The notes below the pieces were generated by a model, which ran no database searches, was not told the DNA's origin, and worked only from the letters and a program-made list of their open reading frames with translations. The position numbers and the translations under genes are program-made. Below, piece after piece: positions 9,308 through 18,780 of a stretch of 64,000 nucleotides of DNA. Within the stretch, counting starts at the first letter, position 1; each line of letters starts with the position of its first letter. This DNA is from Thermodesulfobacteriota bacterium (GTDB lineage: Bacteria; Desulfobacterota; Desulfobulbia; Desulfobulbales; SURF-16). The stretch is taken from the NCBI GenBank assembly GCA_040755455.1, contig JBFMAY010000002.1, forward strand, positions 128,001 through 192,000. Reading direction: 5' to 3'.

Positions 9308-11293
9308 ATGGCCAAAGAAAAAATTTCAACCCTGATTGTATTGACCATGGCCGTGCCGGCGCTGGCGCTGGCCGCGGAAAACAGCGAGGCCCCCGCCACG
9401 GCGGCCCTTGATGAGGTGGTGGTGACCGCCGCCCGGGTCAGCGAGTCCCTCCGGGAGGTAAGCGCCGGCGTCATGGTGATCGGCCCGGAGGAAATCGCCG
9501 CGTCACCGGCCCGGGACGTGGGGGAACTGCTGACGCAAAAAGGGCTGGGGGCCGTCACCCGCTACCCCGGCGAACTGACCTCCCTTAATATCCGCGGTTT
9601 CAGGACCGCGCCCTACGGCAACGATCTCAAGGCCCACGTACTGGTCCTACTCAACGGCCGCCGGGCCGGCACCGGCAACCTGGCCAAGATCATGACCAGC
9701 AACGTGGAGCGCATCGAGGTCATCCGCGGCCCCGGCGCGGTCCAGTACGGCTCGGCGGCCATGGGCGGCGTCATCAACGTCATCACCCGCCAGGGCGAAG
9801 GCGCCCCGTCGGCCGAACTGTCCGGCAAGATCGGCAGCTACGGTTATGACGAAAACGGCGTGCTGGTGGGGGGAGAGCAGCAGGGTTTTGATTTTTCCGG
9901 CAGTTTTTCCCGCGCCACCATGGATGATTATGACACGGGCTCGGGAGACCGGTTCCACAACACCGGCTATGACCATATCGATCATTACTCGCTCAACGCC
10001 GGCTACAATTTCCTGGACCGCCACCGCATGGGCGTCATCTTCACCCGCTATTACGGTGACGAGATCGGCAGCCCCGGCTATCTGACCACTAACGATCTGG
10101 ACGACAGCAAGGATTCGGCCAACCATTCCATGGACCTCATTTATGACGGCGCAAGCCTCGACAAGGTCTATTCCTGGCAGCTGCGCTACTTCACCGGCAA
10201 GGACCAGGACACCTGGTTTTTTCCTGGCACGAATGGCGCCCTAGACTCCACATGGCTGAACAAGACGGACATGAGCGGCGCCCAGGCACAGGGCAGCATG
10301 GAGCTGGGCACGGTCAGGCTGACCGCAGGCGTCGACTGGCTGGACTATGAATCAACCAGCAGCGCCGACCCGGCCGAGACCGATTCGGAAAATAAGGCGG
10401 CCTTCCTGCTGGCCAAGGCGAAATTCATGGAGCAACGGCTTATTGTCGACGGCGGCCTGCGTTATGACGCCTATGATCTGGAGGTGGTGGAGCCGGCGGG
10501 CAGGAATGAAGACGACAGCAATATGGCCGCCAGCGCAGGTGCGGTGTATCTGCTGACCGATGCCCTGAAACTGCGGGCCCATTACGGCGAGGCCTTCATC
10601 ATGCCCGGCGCCGATGAGCTGGCCGCCGATTTCTACGTCGACTACGGCTACGGATCCAGCCATTATGTGGGCAATCCGGCCCTTGATCCCGAGTCGAGCA
10701 GAACTTACGAAGGCGGCATCAATTATGCCAAAAACGGCCTGTCCGCCGGCCTGGCCTACTTCTTCACCCGTTACAAGGACAAGATCGAAAGCGTGGCCAC
10801 AGGCTCTGACCGGACCTGGGAGAATGTCGGCAAGGCGGAAATATCCGGCTTTGAAGGGGAGTTATCCTGTGATCTCGGCGCCCGCCTGGGCTGGTCTTTT
10901 GAGATCAGACCCTACGGCAACCTGACCTATCTTGACCGCTTTGAAGACCTGGACAATGATGAGGACTTGAAGTACGTGAGCGACTGGAACGCCGCCTACG
11001 GTATTTATGCCAGCGACTATCAGGGTTTTTCCGCCCGGCTGAACTTCACCTATACCGGTGAGCAGACCATAGAAGACTGGGAAACCGGCGCCTTCCCCGT
11101 CCCGGTCAAATCCTATGGCGGCTTTACCGTGGCTGATCTGTCAATCAGCAAGAAAATCCTTGATTTCAAGGAGAACGGCTCCTTCACCCTGAGCGGGGAA
11201 GTGACCAACCTTTTTGACAACGATTATGCCTATGTCAAGGGCTATCCCATGCCGGGCAGGATGCTCTTTGTCTCGTTAACCTATAAATATTAA
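9308..11293 (+). CDS. btuB: TonB-dependent receptor, probable cobalamin transporter
   Basis: Signal peptide, TonB box DEVVVTA, plug motif ERIEVIRGPGAVQYGSAAMGGVINVIT, C-terminal NLFD...PGR...Y; riboswitch context. Confidence 0.9.
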   Translation: MAKEKISTLIVLTMAVPALALAAENSEAPATAALDEVVVTAARVSESLREVSAGVMVIGPEEIAASPARDVGELLTQKGLGAVTRYPGELTSLNIRGFRTAPYGNDLKAHVLVLLNGRRAGTGNLAKIMTSNVERIEVIRGPGAVQYGSAAMGGVINVITRQGEGAPSAELSGKIGSYGYDENGVLVGGEQQGFDFSGSFSRATMDDYDTGSGDRFHNTGYDHIDHYSLNAGYNFLDRHRMGVIFTRYYGDEIGSPGYLTTNDLDDSKDSANHSMDLIYDGASLDKVYSWQLRYFTGKDQDTWFFPGTNGALDSTWLNKTDMSGAQAQGSMELGTVRLTAGVDWLDYESTSSADPAETDSENKAAFLLAKAKFMEQRLIVDGGLRYDAYDLEVVEPAGRNEDDSNMAASAGAVYLLTDALKLRAHYGEAFIMPGADELAADFYVDYGYGSSHYVGNPALDPESSRTYEGGINYAKNGLSAGLAYFFTRYKDKIESVATGSDRTWENVGKAEISGFEGELSCDLGARLGWSFEIRPYGNLTYLDRFEDLDNDEDLKYVSDWNAAYGIYASDYQGFSARLNFTYTGEQTIEDWETGAFPVPVKSYGGFTVADLSISKKILDFKENGSFTLSGEVTNLFDNDYAYVKGYPMPGRMLFVSLTYKY

Positions 11294-11406
11294 CCGGCAA
11301 TAACGGCCGGGTTTGCGGGAACCCGGCCGGATCAGTCTTTGTTAGCGCCGCCTCCAACCAGGAACGGCCAGGGAGATATGATGCTTAACGATACGGGAAA
11401 TAGCAG

Positions 11407-12123
11407 ATGAAAAGTCTATTGCTGGCCGGAACCCTTTCGCTGACGCTGCATGGCGCCCTGATGCTGGTGAAATTCGACAGCCAGGGGCCACAACCGCCCC
11501 AGCCGCTGCCGCAGGTAATTTCCATTGCCCTGCTGGCGCCGCAGGAGACCCCGCAGGAGACCCGTCAGGCAACGCCAATCAGCAAACCGCCGGCCATAAA
11601 ACAAACGGCCAACCCCAAGGTCATGCCGGTTGTCCGGCCCGCAAGCCAGCCCAAGGCCGTTCCGCCCAGAAAGACCGAGGAAGAGCAACCGGCCGTAGCC
11701 GCCGTGACAATGGCAACCGAACAGGAGCAGACTGCCGGTCAGCCTGAGCCGGCCCGGCAACACAGTGGGGAGGAGGCGCAGCGCGCGGCAACCTGCCTGG
11801 CCGCCCTGCCGGCGGCAGGACCGCCGGGCGGGAGCGGGCAGCAGGACATTGAGGCCACCCCCCTTTACCGGCAGAACCCGCCCCCCGACTACCCGCCCCT
11901 GGCCCGCCGGCGGGGCCTGGAAGGCGCGGTGCAGCTTGACGTGCTGGTCAACAGCCGCGGCGGGGTGAATCAGGTGCGGCTGGCCGCAACCAGCGGCCAT
12001 GAACTGCTGGACCGAGCCGCCGCCGAGGCGGTGGAAAACTGGCTCTTCGCGCCGGGCAAGCGAGGCGAGCAAACCATTGACATGTGGGTGCGCGTCCCCA
12101 TCCGCTTTGCCCTGCATGAATAG
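11407..12123 (+). CDS. tonB: Energy transducer TonB
   Basis: N-terminal TM with His, Pro-rich linker, YPPLARRRGLEG...LDRAA...F..G...VPIRF. Confidence 0.92.
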   Translation: MKSLLLAGTLSLTLHGALMLVKFDSQGPQPPQPLPQVISIALLAPQETPQETRQATPISKPPAIKQTANPKVMPVVRPASQPKAVPPRKTEEEQPAVAAVTMATEQEQTAGQPEPARQHSGEEAQRAATCLAALPAAGPPGGSGQQDIEATPLYRQNPPPDYPPLARRRGLEGAVQLDVLVNSRGGVNQVRLAATSGHELLDRAAAEAVENWLFAPGKRGEQTIDMWVRVPIRFALHE

Positions 12124-12129
12124 GCCCCT

Positions 12130-13050
12130 ATGAAAACGACATCACCCCCCCAGCGCCCGGCCGCATGGTTATGCCGCGCCGGCCTGCCGACTATTGCCGC
12201 CGTCCTGCTGGCCATGACCCTTTTTGCCGGGCGGGCCGGGGCGGAGGTCTTTGTCGACCAGGTGGGCCGCCGGGTTGACATTCCTGCCCCGCCGCAGCGC
12301 ATCGTCTCACTCATGCCAAGCATCACGGAAATCGTCTTTGCCCTGGGGGCAGGCCACCGCGTCAAGGGGGTGACCCTGTACAGCAATGAGCCGCCGGCCG
12401 CGGCGGAGCTGCCCAAGGTCGGCTCTTACGTCCATCCGGATGTGGAAAAGATCGTCAGCCTCAAACCTGACCTCTGCCTGGCGGTGCGGGACGGCAACCC
12501 CAGGCATATTGTCGACAAAATCACCGGACTCGGCATCCCGGTCTACACCATCGACCCGAGAAACCTTGCGGAGATCATGGAATCGGTTATGCTGCTGGCT
12601 GAGGTGCTGGACAGCGAAGAACGGGCCCGCGCCATTGTCGAGCAGATACAGGTTAAAATCAATAGCGCGGCCGGGCGGGTGACCCAGGCCGCAACCAGGC
12701 CCAGGGTTTTTTTCCAGATCGACGCCTCGCCCCTTGTCTCGGCCGGGTCAAACACCTTCATCGACCAGCTGATCACCCAGGCCGGCGGCGTCAACCTGGC
12801 GGCAGGCCCCACCGCCTATCCCCGGTACTCGTGGGAGGACATCCTGCTCATGCAGCCGGAGGTGGTCATCATCGCCTCCATGGCCGGCGGCTACAGCGAG
12901 GAAGAGCTGAAGGCCGCGTGGCGCAGATGGCCCGAACTGCCGGCGGTGCGAGACAACCGGCTCTATGTGGTCAACGCCGATCTCTTTGACCGGCCCACCC
13001 CCAGACTGGCCGACGGGCTTGAGCTGCTGGTCAATATCTTTTTCCCCTGA
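12130..13050 (+). CDS. btuF: Cobalamin ABC transporter periplasmic binding protein
   Basis: PQRIVSLMPSITEIVFALG, EKIVSLKPD, RPTPRL. Confidence 0.88.
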   Translation: MKTTSPPQRPAAWLCRAGLPTIAAVLLAMTLFAGRAGAEVFVDQVGRRVDIPAPPQRIVSLMPSITEIVFALGAGHRVKGVTLYSNEPPAAAELPKVGSYVHPDVEKIVSLKPDLCLAVRDGNPRHIVDKITGLGIPVYTIDPRNLAEIMESVMLLAEVLDSEERARAIVEQIQVKINSAAGRVTQAATRPRVFFQIDASPLVSAGSNTFIDQLITQAGGVNLAAGPTAYPRYSWEDILLMQPEVVIIASMAGGYSEEELKAAWRRWPELPAVRDNRLYVVNADLFDRPTPRLADGLELLVNIFFP

Positions 13051-13084
13051 CCGGAAGGTCTCGGGTTTTACGCCAAACTTTTTT

Positions 13085-14092
13085 ATGGACCAAACCTTCA
13101 CCCGCATCGGCCCACGGCTGACCGTTATCTGCCTGCTGCTCGGCCTGCTGCTGGCCGCGGCCCTGCTGCTCGGCGCCGGCCTCGGCTCATCCGGCAGAAA
13201 TCCCCTGGCCGTGCTCGATGTGCTGCGCCATCTTATGCAATCGGACACCACCCAGCACACCATTATCTGGAAAATCCGCCTGCCCCGGGTGCTGCTGGCG
13301 GCCATGGCGGGCGCCACCCTGTCCCTGGGCGGCCTGGTCTTTCAGGTGCTGCTGCGCAATCCCCTGGCGGAACCATATATCCTCGGCATCTCCGGCGGGG
13401 CGGCGGTGGGCGCCATCGCCGCCATGCTGCTCGGCATTTCCTTTTTCCCCGGGGTGACCGGCAGCGCCTTTGCCGGCAGCATGGCCACCCTGGCCATCGT
13501 CATGCTGCTGGCCTCAGGGCCGCAGGCCGGGCGCAAGGATTCCCTGCTGCTCGCCGGAGTGATGATGAACGCCTTTGCCGGGGCGGTGATCATGTTTCTC
13601 ATCTCCATGTCCCAGAGCAGTCAGCTGCACCACATCCTCTTCTGGCTCATGGGCGATCTTTCCATGGCCGAGGCGGCCAGGCTGCCGCTTTTCGCCCTGA
13701 TTTTGCCCTGCCATGTGGTCATCTTCATCCTGGCCCGGCCGATGAATGTCCTGCTCACCGGCCGGGAGGCGGCCGCCTCCCTTGGCGTCAACGTGCGCAA
13801 AATTTCGCTGATCCTGCTCATCACCGCCACCCTCATGGTGAGCCTGGTGGTCTGCCTGTCCGGCCTGGTGGGTTTTGTCGGCCTGGTGATTCCCCACATC
13901 CTGCGGCTGACCATCGGCCCTGACCACCGGGTGCTGGTGCCGGCCAGCCTGCTGGGCGGGGCCTCCTATCTCGTTTTCTGCGATCTGCTGGCCAGAACCC
14001 TGTCCACCAGCGGTGAGCTGCCGGTGGGCATCATCACCGCCATGATCGGCGCGCCGCTCTTTATCGTTCTGCTGTGGAGGTCCCGGCCATGA
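13085..14092 (+). CDS. btuC: FecCD/BtuC-family ABC permease
   Basis: IRLPR, RNPLAEPYILGISGGA, GFVGLVIPH, ELPVGIITAMIGAP. Confidence 0.9.
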   Translation: MDQTFTRIGPRLTVICLLLGLLLAAALLLGAGLGSSGRNPLAVLDVLRHLMQSDTTQHTIIWKIRLPRVLLAAMAGATLSLGGLVFQVLLRNPLAEPYILGISGGAAVGAIAAMLLGISFFPGVTGSAFAGSMATLAIVMLLASGPQAGRKDSLLLAGVMMNAFAGAVIMFLISMSQSSQLHHILFWLMGDLSMAEAARLPLFALILPCHVVIFILARPMNVLLTGREAAASLGVNVRKISLILLITATLMVSLVVCLSGLVGFVGLVIPHILRLTIGPDHRVLVPASLLGGASYLVFCDLLARTLSTSGELPVGIITAMIGAPLFIVLLWRSRP

Positions 14093-14913
14093 ATGCCGTT
14101 ACCATTGATAACATCAGCCTGTCCTATGGCGGCAAGCAGGTGCTGGACCATCTTTCGCTGGCAATCGACCGGGAGGAGTTTTTTATTATCATCGGCCCGA
14201 ACGGGGCGGGGAAATCCACCCTGCTCAAGGCCTTGACCGCCACGGAAAAAATCGATTCCGGCGGCATCATCCTTTTCGGCCGGCCACTGCGTGACTACTC
14301 CCGGCGTGAGTTGGCCCGGCTGGCCGCCCTGGTGCCCCAGGGCATGGAGAGCAATTTCCCCTTCAAAGTGGCGGACACGGTGCTCATGGGCCGTTCGCCC
14401 CATCTGGGCCTGCTCGCCATGGAGCAGGAGGAGGATTACCGCATCGCCCTGGAGGCCATGCAGGCCACCGACACCGCCCATCTGGCCGACCGCACCCTGG
14501 ACCAGCTTTCCGGCGGCGAGCGGCAGCGGGTCATCATTGCCCGGGCCATATGCCAGCAGCCGCAAATTCTCTTTCTGGACGAACCGACCGCGGCCCTTGA
14601 CCTGGCCCATCAGATCCGCATCATGGACCTGCTGGAAACCCTGCGCCGGGAAAGAAAGATCACCATCTGCATGGTTTCCCATGACATCAATCTGGCCGCC
14701 ATGTATGCCGACCGGCTGCTGCTGCTGAAAAACGGCCGGGTGGCGGCCACCGGCGCCCCCGGCATGGTGCTTGACGAAAAACTGCTTGAAGAGAGTTACC
14801 AATGCCGCCTGCTCGTTGATGAAAATCCGGTGAGCGGCACCCGCCGGGTCCTGCCCCTGCCGGCAAAATTCAGCCAGGCCGGCGACAAGGTTTATCCCGA
14901 AAAAGAGCGGTAA
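14089..14913 (+). CDS. btuD: ABC ATP-binding protein (BtuD/FecE-like)
   Basis: GPNGAGKS, LSGGERQR, LDEPT; ATGA overlap with permease. Confidence 0.9.
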   Translation: MNAVTIDNISLSYGGKQVLDHLSLAIDREEFFIIIGPNGAGKSTLLKALTATEKIDSGGIILFGRPLRDYSRRELARLAALVPQGMESNFPFKVADTVLMGRSPHLGLLAMEQEEDYRIALEAMQATDTAHLADRTLDQLSGGERQRVIIARAICQQPQILFLDEPTAALDLAHQIRIMDLLETLRRERKITICMVSHDINLAAMYADRLLLLKNGRVAATGAPGMVLDEKLLEESYQCRLLVDENPVSGTRRVLPLPAKFSQAGDKVYPEKER

Positions 14914-14981
14914 ATGGGCTGAGTGCGGCAAAGTGGGGCGGAGGAACCCGCCCGCCGCCCTGCCTGGCAACGGCAGAAACT

Positions 14982-15839
14982 CTACTGGGCTTCGCCTGGC
15001 ACCTGCGGTTGGCCAAGGCGCTGGCCAGCCAGAATTTTATCCAGGGAGCGGCTCAGCTGGCCGAGATGGATTTTTTCCTCGTCCGCCATGTGCCGGTAGA
15101 ATTCCCGCAGCTCCGGTTTGTCATTTTTCCGGGCCAGGCGGCTGTAGAGATCATAGGCCTGGGTTTCCAGCATCATGCCAAGCTGGATGATGTCCTCCAT
15201 GCTTGCAAGATAATCCCGGTAGGCACGCAGGGTCTTGTCCTTGTCAAACCCGCCTTCCATGGCGGAAAGGTCCTCCACATCGGTCAAATCCGGCATCTCC
15301 TGCCGGTACTGGCGCAGGAGCTTGGCCATATGGCCGTCCTCAAAGTCGGCCATGTGCTGAAGCAGTGCCTTCTGCTCCTTTGGGTCCACCATGTCCGCCA
15401 TGGCCAGATAAAACTGCTTGAGCCCCGCCTCCATCAGGTAGGCCATGAGGAAGGCGTTTTCAAACTCGTCGGAGACGAAAAACTCCATACCCTTGGTCTC
15501 CTGGCCGGAGAGCAGCAGACCGTTCCACGCCCTGATCCCGCCGGTGATGTTGATCACCTCCTGAAAGCCGCGGCCGCGCAGCACCTGGCAGGCGGCCCGG
15601 CTGCGCACCCCGTTATAGCAGTAGACCAGGGTGGGAAGCTGCGGGTCAAGCTCGGCGATCCGCGCCAGCAGATCGAGGACCGGCATAAGGAGAGCGCCGG
15701 GCAGGTGGCCCCGCTCATATTCCTTGCGCTGCCGGACATCCAGCAGTTGATATTCCCCGGTCCGGAGGCGCTTCATGTATGACCGGGCCTCTGCCGGCGG
15801 CATATTCTGGCCTGACGTGAAGAGAGATTTCCAGCTCAT
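14982..15839 (-). CDS. Rhodanese domain plus rubrerythrin/ferritin-like domain protein
   Basis: LLDVR, GHLPGA, YCYNGVRS, GGIRAW; C-terminal E/ExxH pairs (FEDGH, EEKIH). Confidence 0.85.
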   Translation of the reverse strand: MSWKSLFTSGQNMPPAEARSYMKRLRTGEYQLLDVRQRKEYERGHLPGALLMPVLDLLARIAELDPQLPTLVYCYNGVRSRAACQVLRGRGFQEVINITGGIRAWNGLLLSGQETKGMEFFVSDEFENAFLMAYLMEAGLKQFYLAMADMVDPKEQKALLQHMADFEDGHMAKLLRQYRQEMPDLTDVEDLSAMEGGFDKDKTLRAYRDYLASMEDIIQLGMMLETQAYDLYSRLARKNDKPELREFYRHMADEEKIHLGQLSRSLDKILAGQRLGQPQVPGEAQ

Positions 15840-16153
15840 GATGGTCTGCTCTTGTTAAAAGAAATCCCGAAGTATGGCGGCAGCTCCTTTCCAGAGAAGT
15901 CAGGAACCAAAATAAATCGTTATGCAATCAACCATTCCGGCTTCTGATTTCCGGCGCAAGGCCAAGGACGGCAGTCACGCCATAAAATCAGCCACTGCAG
16001 CCAAATAGACAATCCTGCGGGTTGAGCATTATTTTTCTGCCACTGTGCGCTTCTTATACCCGCCGGAAGACAATAAGGCAAGCCGGACTGCTGCTCCCGC
16101 ATGAAATGAAGAAAAGCAATGGCTGCTCCGATGAAAAAAATAGTTATTTACAT

Positions 16154-16227
16154 TGCCATGATTTCATGGCATAATTTGTTCATATACGAACACTTATATG
16201 CAATTAAAAATTCAAACATGAACAAAT
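16154..16227. promoter_or_regulatory. Candidate HipB operator inverted repeats
   Basis: TGCCATGA-TT-TCATGGCA (16154-16171) and ATTTGTTCAT (16174)...ATGAACAAAT (16218-16227) directly upstream of the HTH gene. Confidence 0.45.
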
Positions 16228-16236
16228 ACACCTGAA

Positions 16237-16548
16237 ATGCTCTCTCCGGAAATGCAAAACCGCATCCAGCGGATCGGCAGAAATCTGCAGATTGCCCGAA
16301 AAAGACGGAAGAAGACCACACAGCAGGCGGCGGAGATGATGGGAACCTCACTGTCTTCCGTCCGCCGCATGGAGGCCGGTGATCCCTCGGTGCGATTCGA
16401 GACCTATCTGGCCGCCCTGGAGGTCTATCAGCTTGACGACACCCTGCGCTTTGCCGAGCCGGAAGATGACCGCATCGGCCTGGCCCTGGAAAAACAGCGG
16501 CTCCCGCAGCGGGTCCGCATCAAGAAAGAGAAACGCCTTGACTTCTAG
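16237..16548 (+). CDS. XRE-family HTH antitoxin (HipB-like)
   Basis: IGRNLQIARKRR...QAAEMMGTSLSSVRRMEAGDPSV; overlaps the HipA gene. Confidence 0.85.
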   Translation: MLSPEMQNRIQRIGRNLQIARKRRKKTTQQAAEMMGTSLSSVRRMEAGDPSVRFETYLAALEVYQLDDTLRFAEPEDDRIGLALEKQRLPQRVRIKKEKRLDF

Positions 16549-17764
16549 GGAATTCGCGCGATTCGTGTTCATCGAACTGCCGGGGGAAAATAAACCGGTG
16601 CCGGCAGGACTTTTCACCCTGGATACCGATCTTGGCGTCGGCACCTTCCAGTACGGGCTGCGCTACGCCCGGCGGCCCAATGCCATGGCCATCGATCCGG
16701 TCAATCTGCCGCTGACCGGGGATGATTACGTAACCCGCAAGAACGGCGGCGTCTTCGGGATTCTGCGGGATGTCCTGCCGGACAGCTGGGGCCGGTACAT
16801 TCTGGCCAAGCAGCTGGGCGTCCCTTTCGGCACCCAGCGGGATTTTGAACTCATCGACCTTCTTTCCATCAATGCGGTGGGCGCGCTGTCCTTCGGCAAG
16901 ACCCCGGAGAAATCGTCCGCCCGCCGGGACAAACCCGTCTCCCTCTCCGAACTTGCCGAGGTTGCCAAGATCATCGACCAGGCCATGGAGGACAAGGAAC
17001 TGCCGCCGGAGGTCCTGCACCTGCTCCGCCAGGGGACATCGCTCGGCGGCGCCCAGCCCAAGTGCACGGTGGTCATCGGCCACGAGGAGTGGATTGCGAA
17101 ATTTGCCAGCACCAGGACCGCGATCAAATATCCGGGCATCGAATACGCCACCATGACCCTGGCCGCCAGGGCGGGCATCAGGGTCCCGGATTTCCGCCTT
17201 GAGTCGGTGGCCGGCCGGCCAGTTTTTCTCATCAAAAGATTTGACCGGGAAGACGGCCGCCGCCTGCCCTTCATGAGCGCCTTTGCCCTGAGCAACCTCG
17301 ACATCGACGAACTGGAACGCGGCTCCTACCCCGAAATCGCCGGCCATATGCGCAAGTTCGTCCGTCATGTCCACGAGGACCACCACGAACTCTTCCGGCG
17401 CATGGCCTTCAACATGTTTGTCCGCAACGAAGACGACCATCTGCGTAATCACGGCTTTATTTACCGGGGCGGCTGGATGCTGTCACCGGCTTACGATATC
17501 GTGCCGGTGCCGTCCCGCCGGAAACCCCAGGAGACCTTTCACCTGTCCCTGCAGGCCGGCGACCAGGGTTCGGCGGCCACCATGACCAATCTTCTCAGCC
17601 AATGCGCGCGGTTCAGCCTGCAAAAAGAGCAGGCCCTTGCCATCATCGGCCGGGTGACGGAGGCCGTCCAGGGCTGGGAACAGGAAATGGACCGGGCCGG
17701 GGTGAGCCGCGATGACCGGGAAGCCGTCCGCTGGTGTTTCGAAGGTTTCCGGCAGGTGAACTAA
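16538..17764 (+). CDS. hipA: HipA-family kinase toxin
   Basis: LPDSWGR, TSLGGAQPK, KRFDR, NEDDHLRNHGF, LSPAYD; probable TTG start overlapping the antitoxin stop. Confidence 0.9.
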   Translation: MTSREFARFVFIELPGENKPVPAGLFTLDTDLGVGTFQYGLRYARRPNAMAIDPVNLPLTGDDYVTRKNGGVFGILRDVLPDSWGRYILAKQLGVPFGTQRDFELIDLLSINAVGALSFGKTPEKSSARRDKPVSLSELAEVAKIIDQAMEDKELPPEVLHLLRQGTSLGGAQPKCTVVIGHEEWIAKFASTRTAIKYPGIEYATMTLAARAGIRVPDFRLESVAGRPVFLIKRFDREDGRRLPFMSAFALSNLDIDELERGSYPEIAGHMRKFVRHVHEDHHELFRRMAFNMFVRNEDDHLRNHGFIYRGGWMLSPAYDIVPVPSRRKPQETFHLSLQAGDQGSAATMTNLLSQCARFSLQKEQALAIIGRVTEAVQGWEQEMDRAGVSRDDREAVRWCFEGFRQVN

Positions 17765-17918
17765 GATTTCGATGGGGAACAAGAAAGGGCAAATGCGGAG
17801 CTGACGCCTTTTCGACCAGCACGGAATTTCTGCGCGACCGATCTGTGAGAGATGCATATGGCTCGCCGGAATTGCGGCTGGGGCCATCCTTTTACATGCA
17901 CAAAAGCCAAAGGCGGAC

Positions 17919-17942
17919 TTGACCCCTTCTTTGACCCCTTCT
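17919..17942. repeat. 12-nt tandem duplication TTGACCCCTTCT x2
   Basis: Exact duplication at the GC-to-AT composition switch. Confidence 0.8.
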
Positions 17943-17994
17943 GGACTTATTCGTTATACTTGTTGATTTCTATATACAGCCAGCAGGCATCTAC

Positions 17995-18447
17995 TCAACT
18001 GTTATTTGTATCACTATTCTGTATAGTTGAATCTTCTTTGTCATGAGACTGGCTCCTTTTCATTAAAAAGTAGCCGACTGTTAGTGCGATAACAATAGAG
18101 GCTATTCCAATCAGACTCAGGCTATCTACCTCCTTCAAATCCAGAATAATGACTTTACGGGCAATTGCGATGATTGCCACAGAAAGAACGACATCATAGT
18201 GAGGTTGCCCCTGAGTTATATATGTTTTAATTATGGTTTCCAGGAGTTCAATTCCTATCAAAACCAACATAAAGAGCCCGAATATCTCAAGCAACTGATC
18301 AACGCTGAGAAGCAAGAAAGGTGGTTGCAAGATATCTTTGATGATAAGCCAAGCGAGATCAACTGTGGCAAGCCCAAGAACAATTGCCATCATCACCATA
18401 AGTGATTGAATCATCAATTTTTCATACTTCTTCAGTAAAGTGAACAT
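17995..18447 (-). CDS. Phosphate-starvation-inducible PsiE-family membrane protein
   Basis: Four TM helices, LVLIGIELLETI, IAIARKVIILD; AT-rich. Confidence 0.85.
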   Translation of the reverse strand: MFTLLKKYEKLMIQSLMVMMAIVLGLATVDLAWLIIKDILQPPFLLLSVDQLLEIFGLFMLVLIGIELLETIIKTYITQGQPHYDVVLSVAIIAIARKVIILDLKEVDSLSLIGIASIVIALTVGYFLMKRSQSHDKEDSTIQNSDTNNS

Positions 18448-18475
18448 ATTCCATCTGTGCCATTTCATAATTTTA

Positions 18476-18564
18476 GGGCACCGTGGGCACCGTGGGGACG
18501 TCCATAAAACAATAAGTTTCCAATGTTGCCATCGTACAATTTTATAATTTCATGGACGTCCCCA
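18476..18564. repeat. REP-like hairpin preceded by a 9-nt tandem duplication
   Basis: GGGCACCGT x2 (18476-18493), then TGGGGACGTCCAT (18493-18505)...ATGGACGTCCCCA (18552-18564), a perfect 13-bp inverted repeat. Confidence 0.75.
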
Positions 18565-18713
18565 ACTTTTCCCTAATTCAAATAATCCCATTCATGCGAC
18601 AACGAAGTATACACGTAATTCTGCGCTGTCCACGACAGCAACAAGAGCATTGCACCTACGATCTTCACTTTAAACCACGGGAGGGCTTCTTCACAATTTT
18701 CTTCTCTCTACGC

Positions 18714-18776
18714 GCATAATCGCGGCGCTTAACCGGGCGCGGCTGTTGGCGCTCCGAGTTAAAGCTCTGGTTAGCA
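18714..18776 (-). mobile_element. attC-like integron cassette recombination site (degenerate R')
   Basis: Minus strand just after the stop: TGCTAAC-CAGAG-CTTTAACT...GGTTAAG-CGCCGC-GATTATGC, i.e. R''-5-L''...L'-6-R' architecture. Confidence 0.65.
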
Positions 18777-18780
18777 AATA

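Noticed and set aside
16379..16537. HipA N-terminal extension from the ORF track
   Set aside because: Overlaps the antitoxin out of frame; HipA-like sequence begins near TTG 16538.
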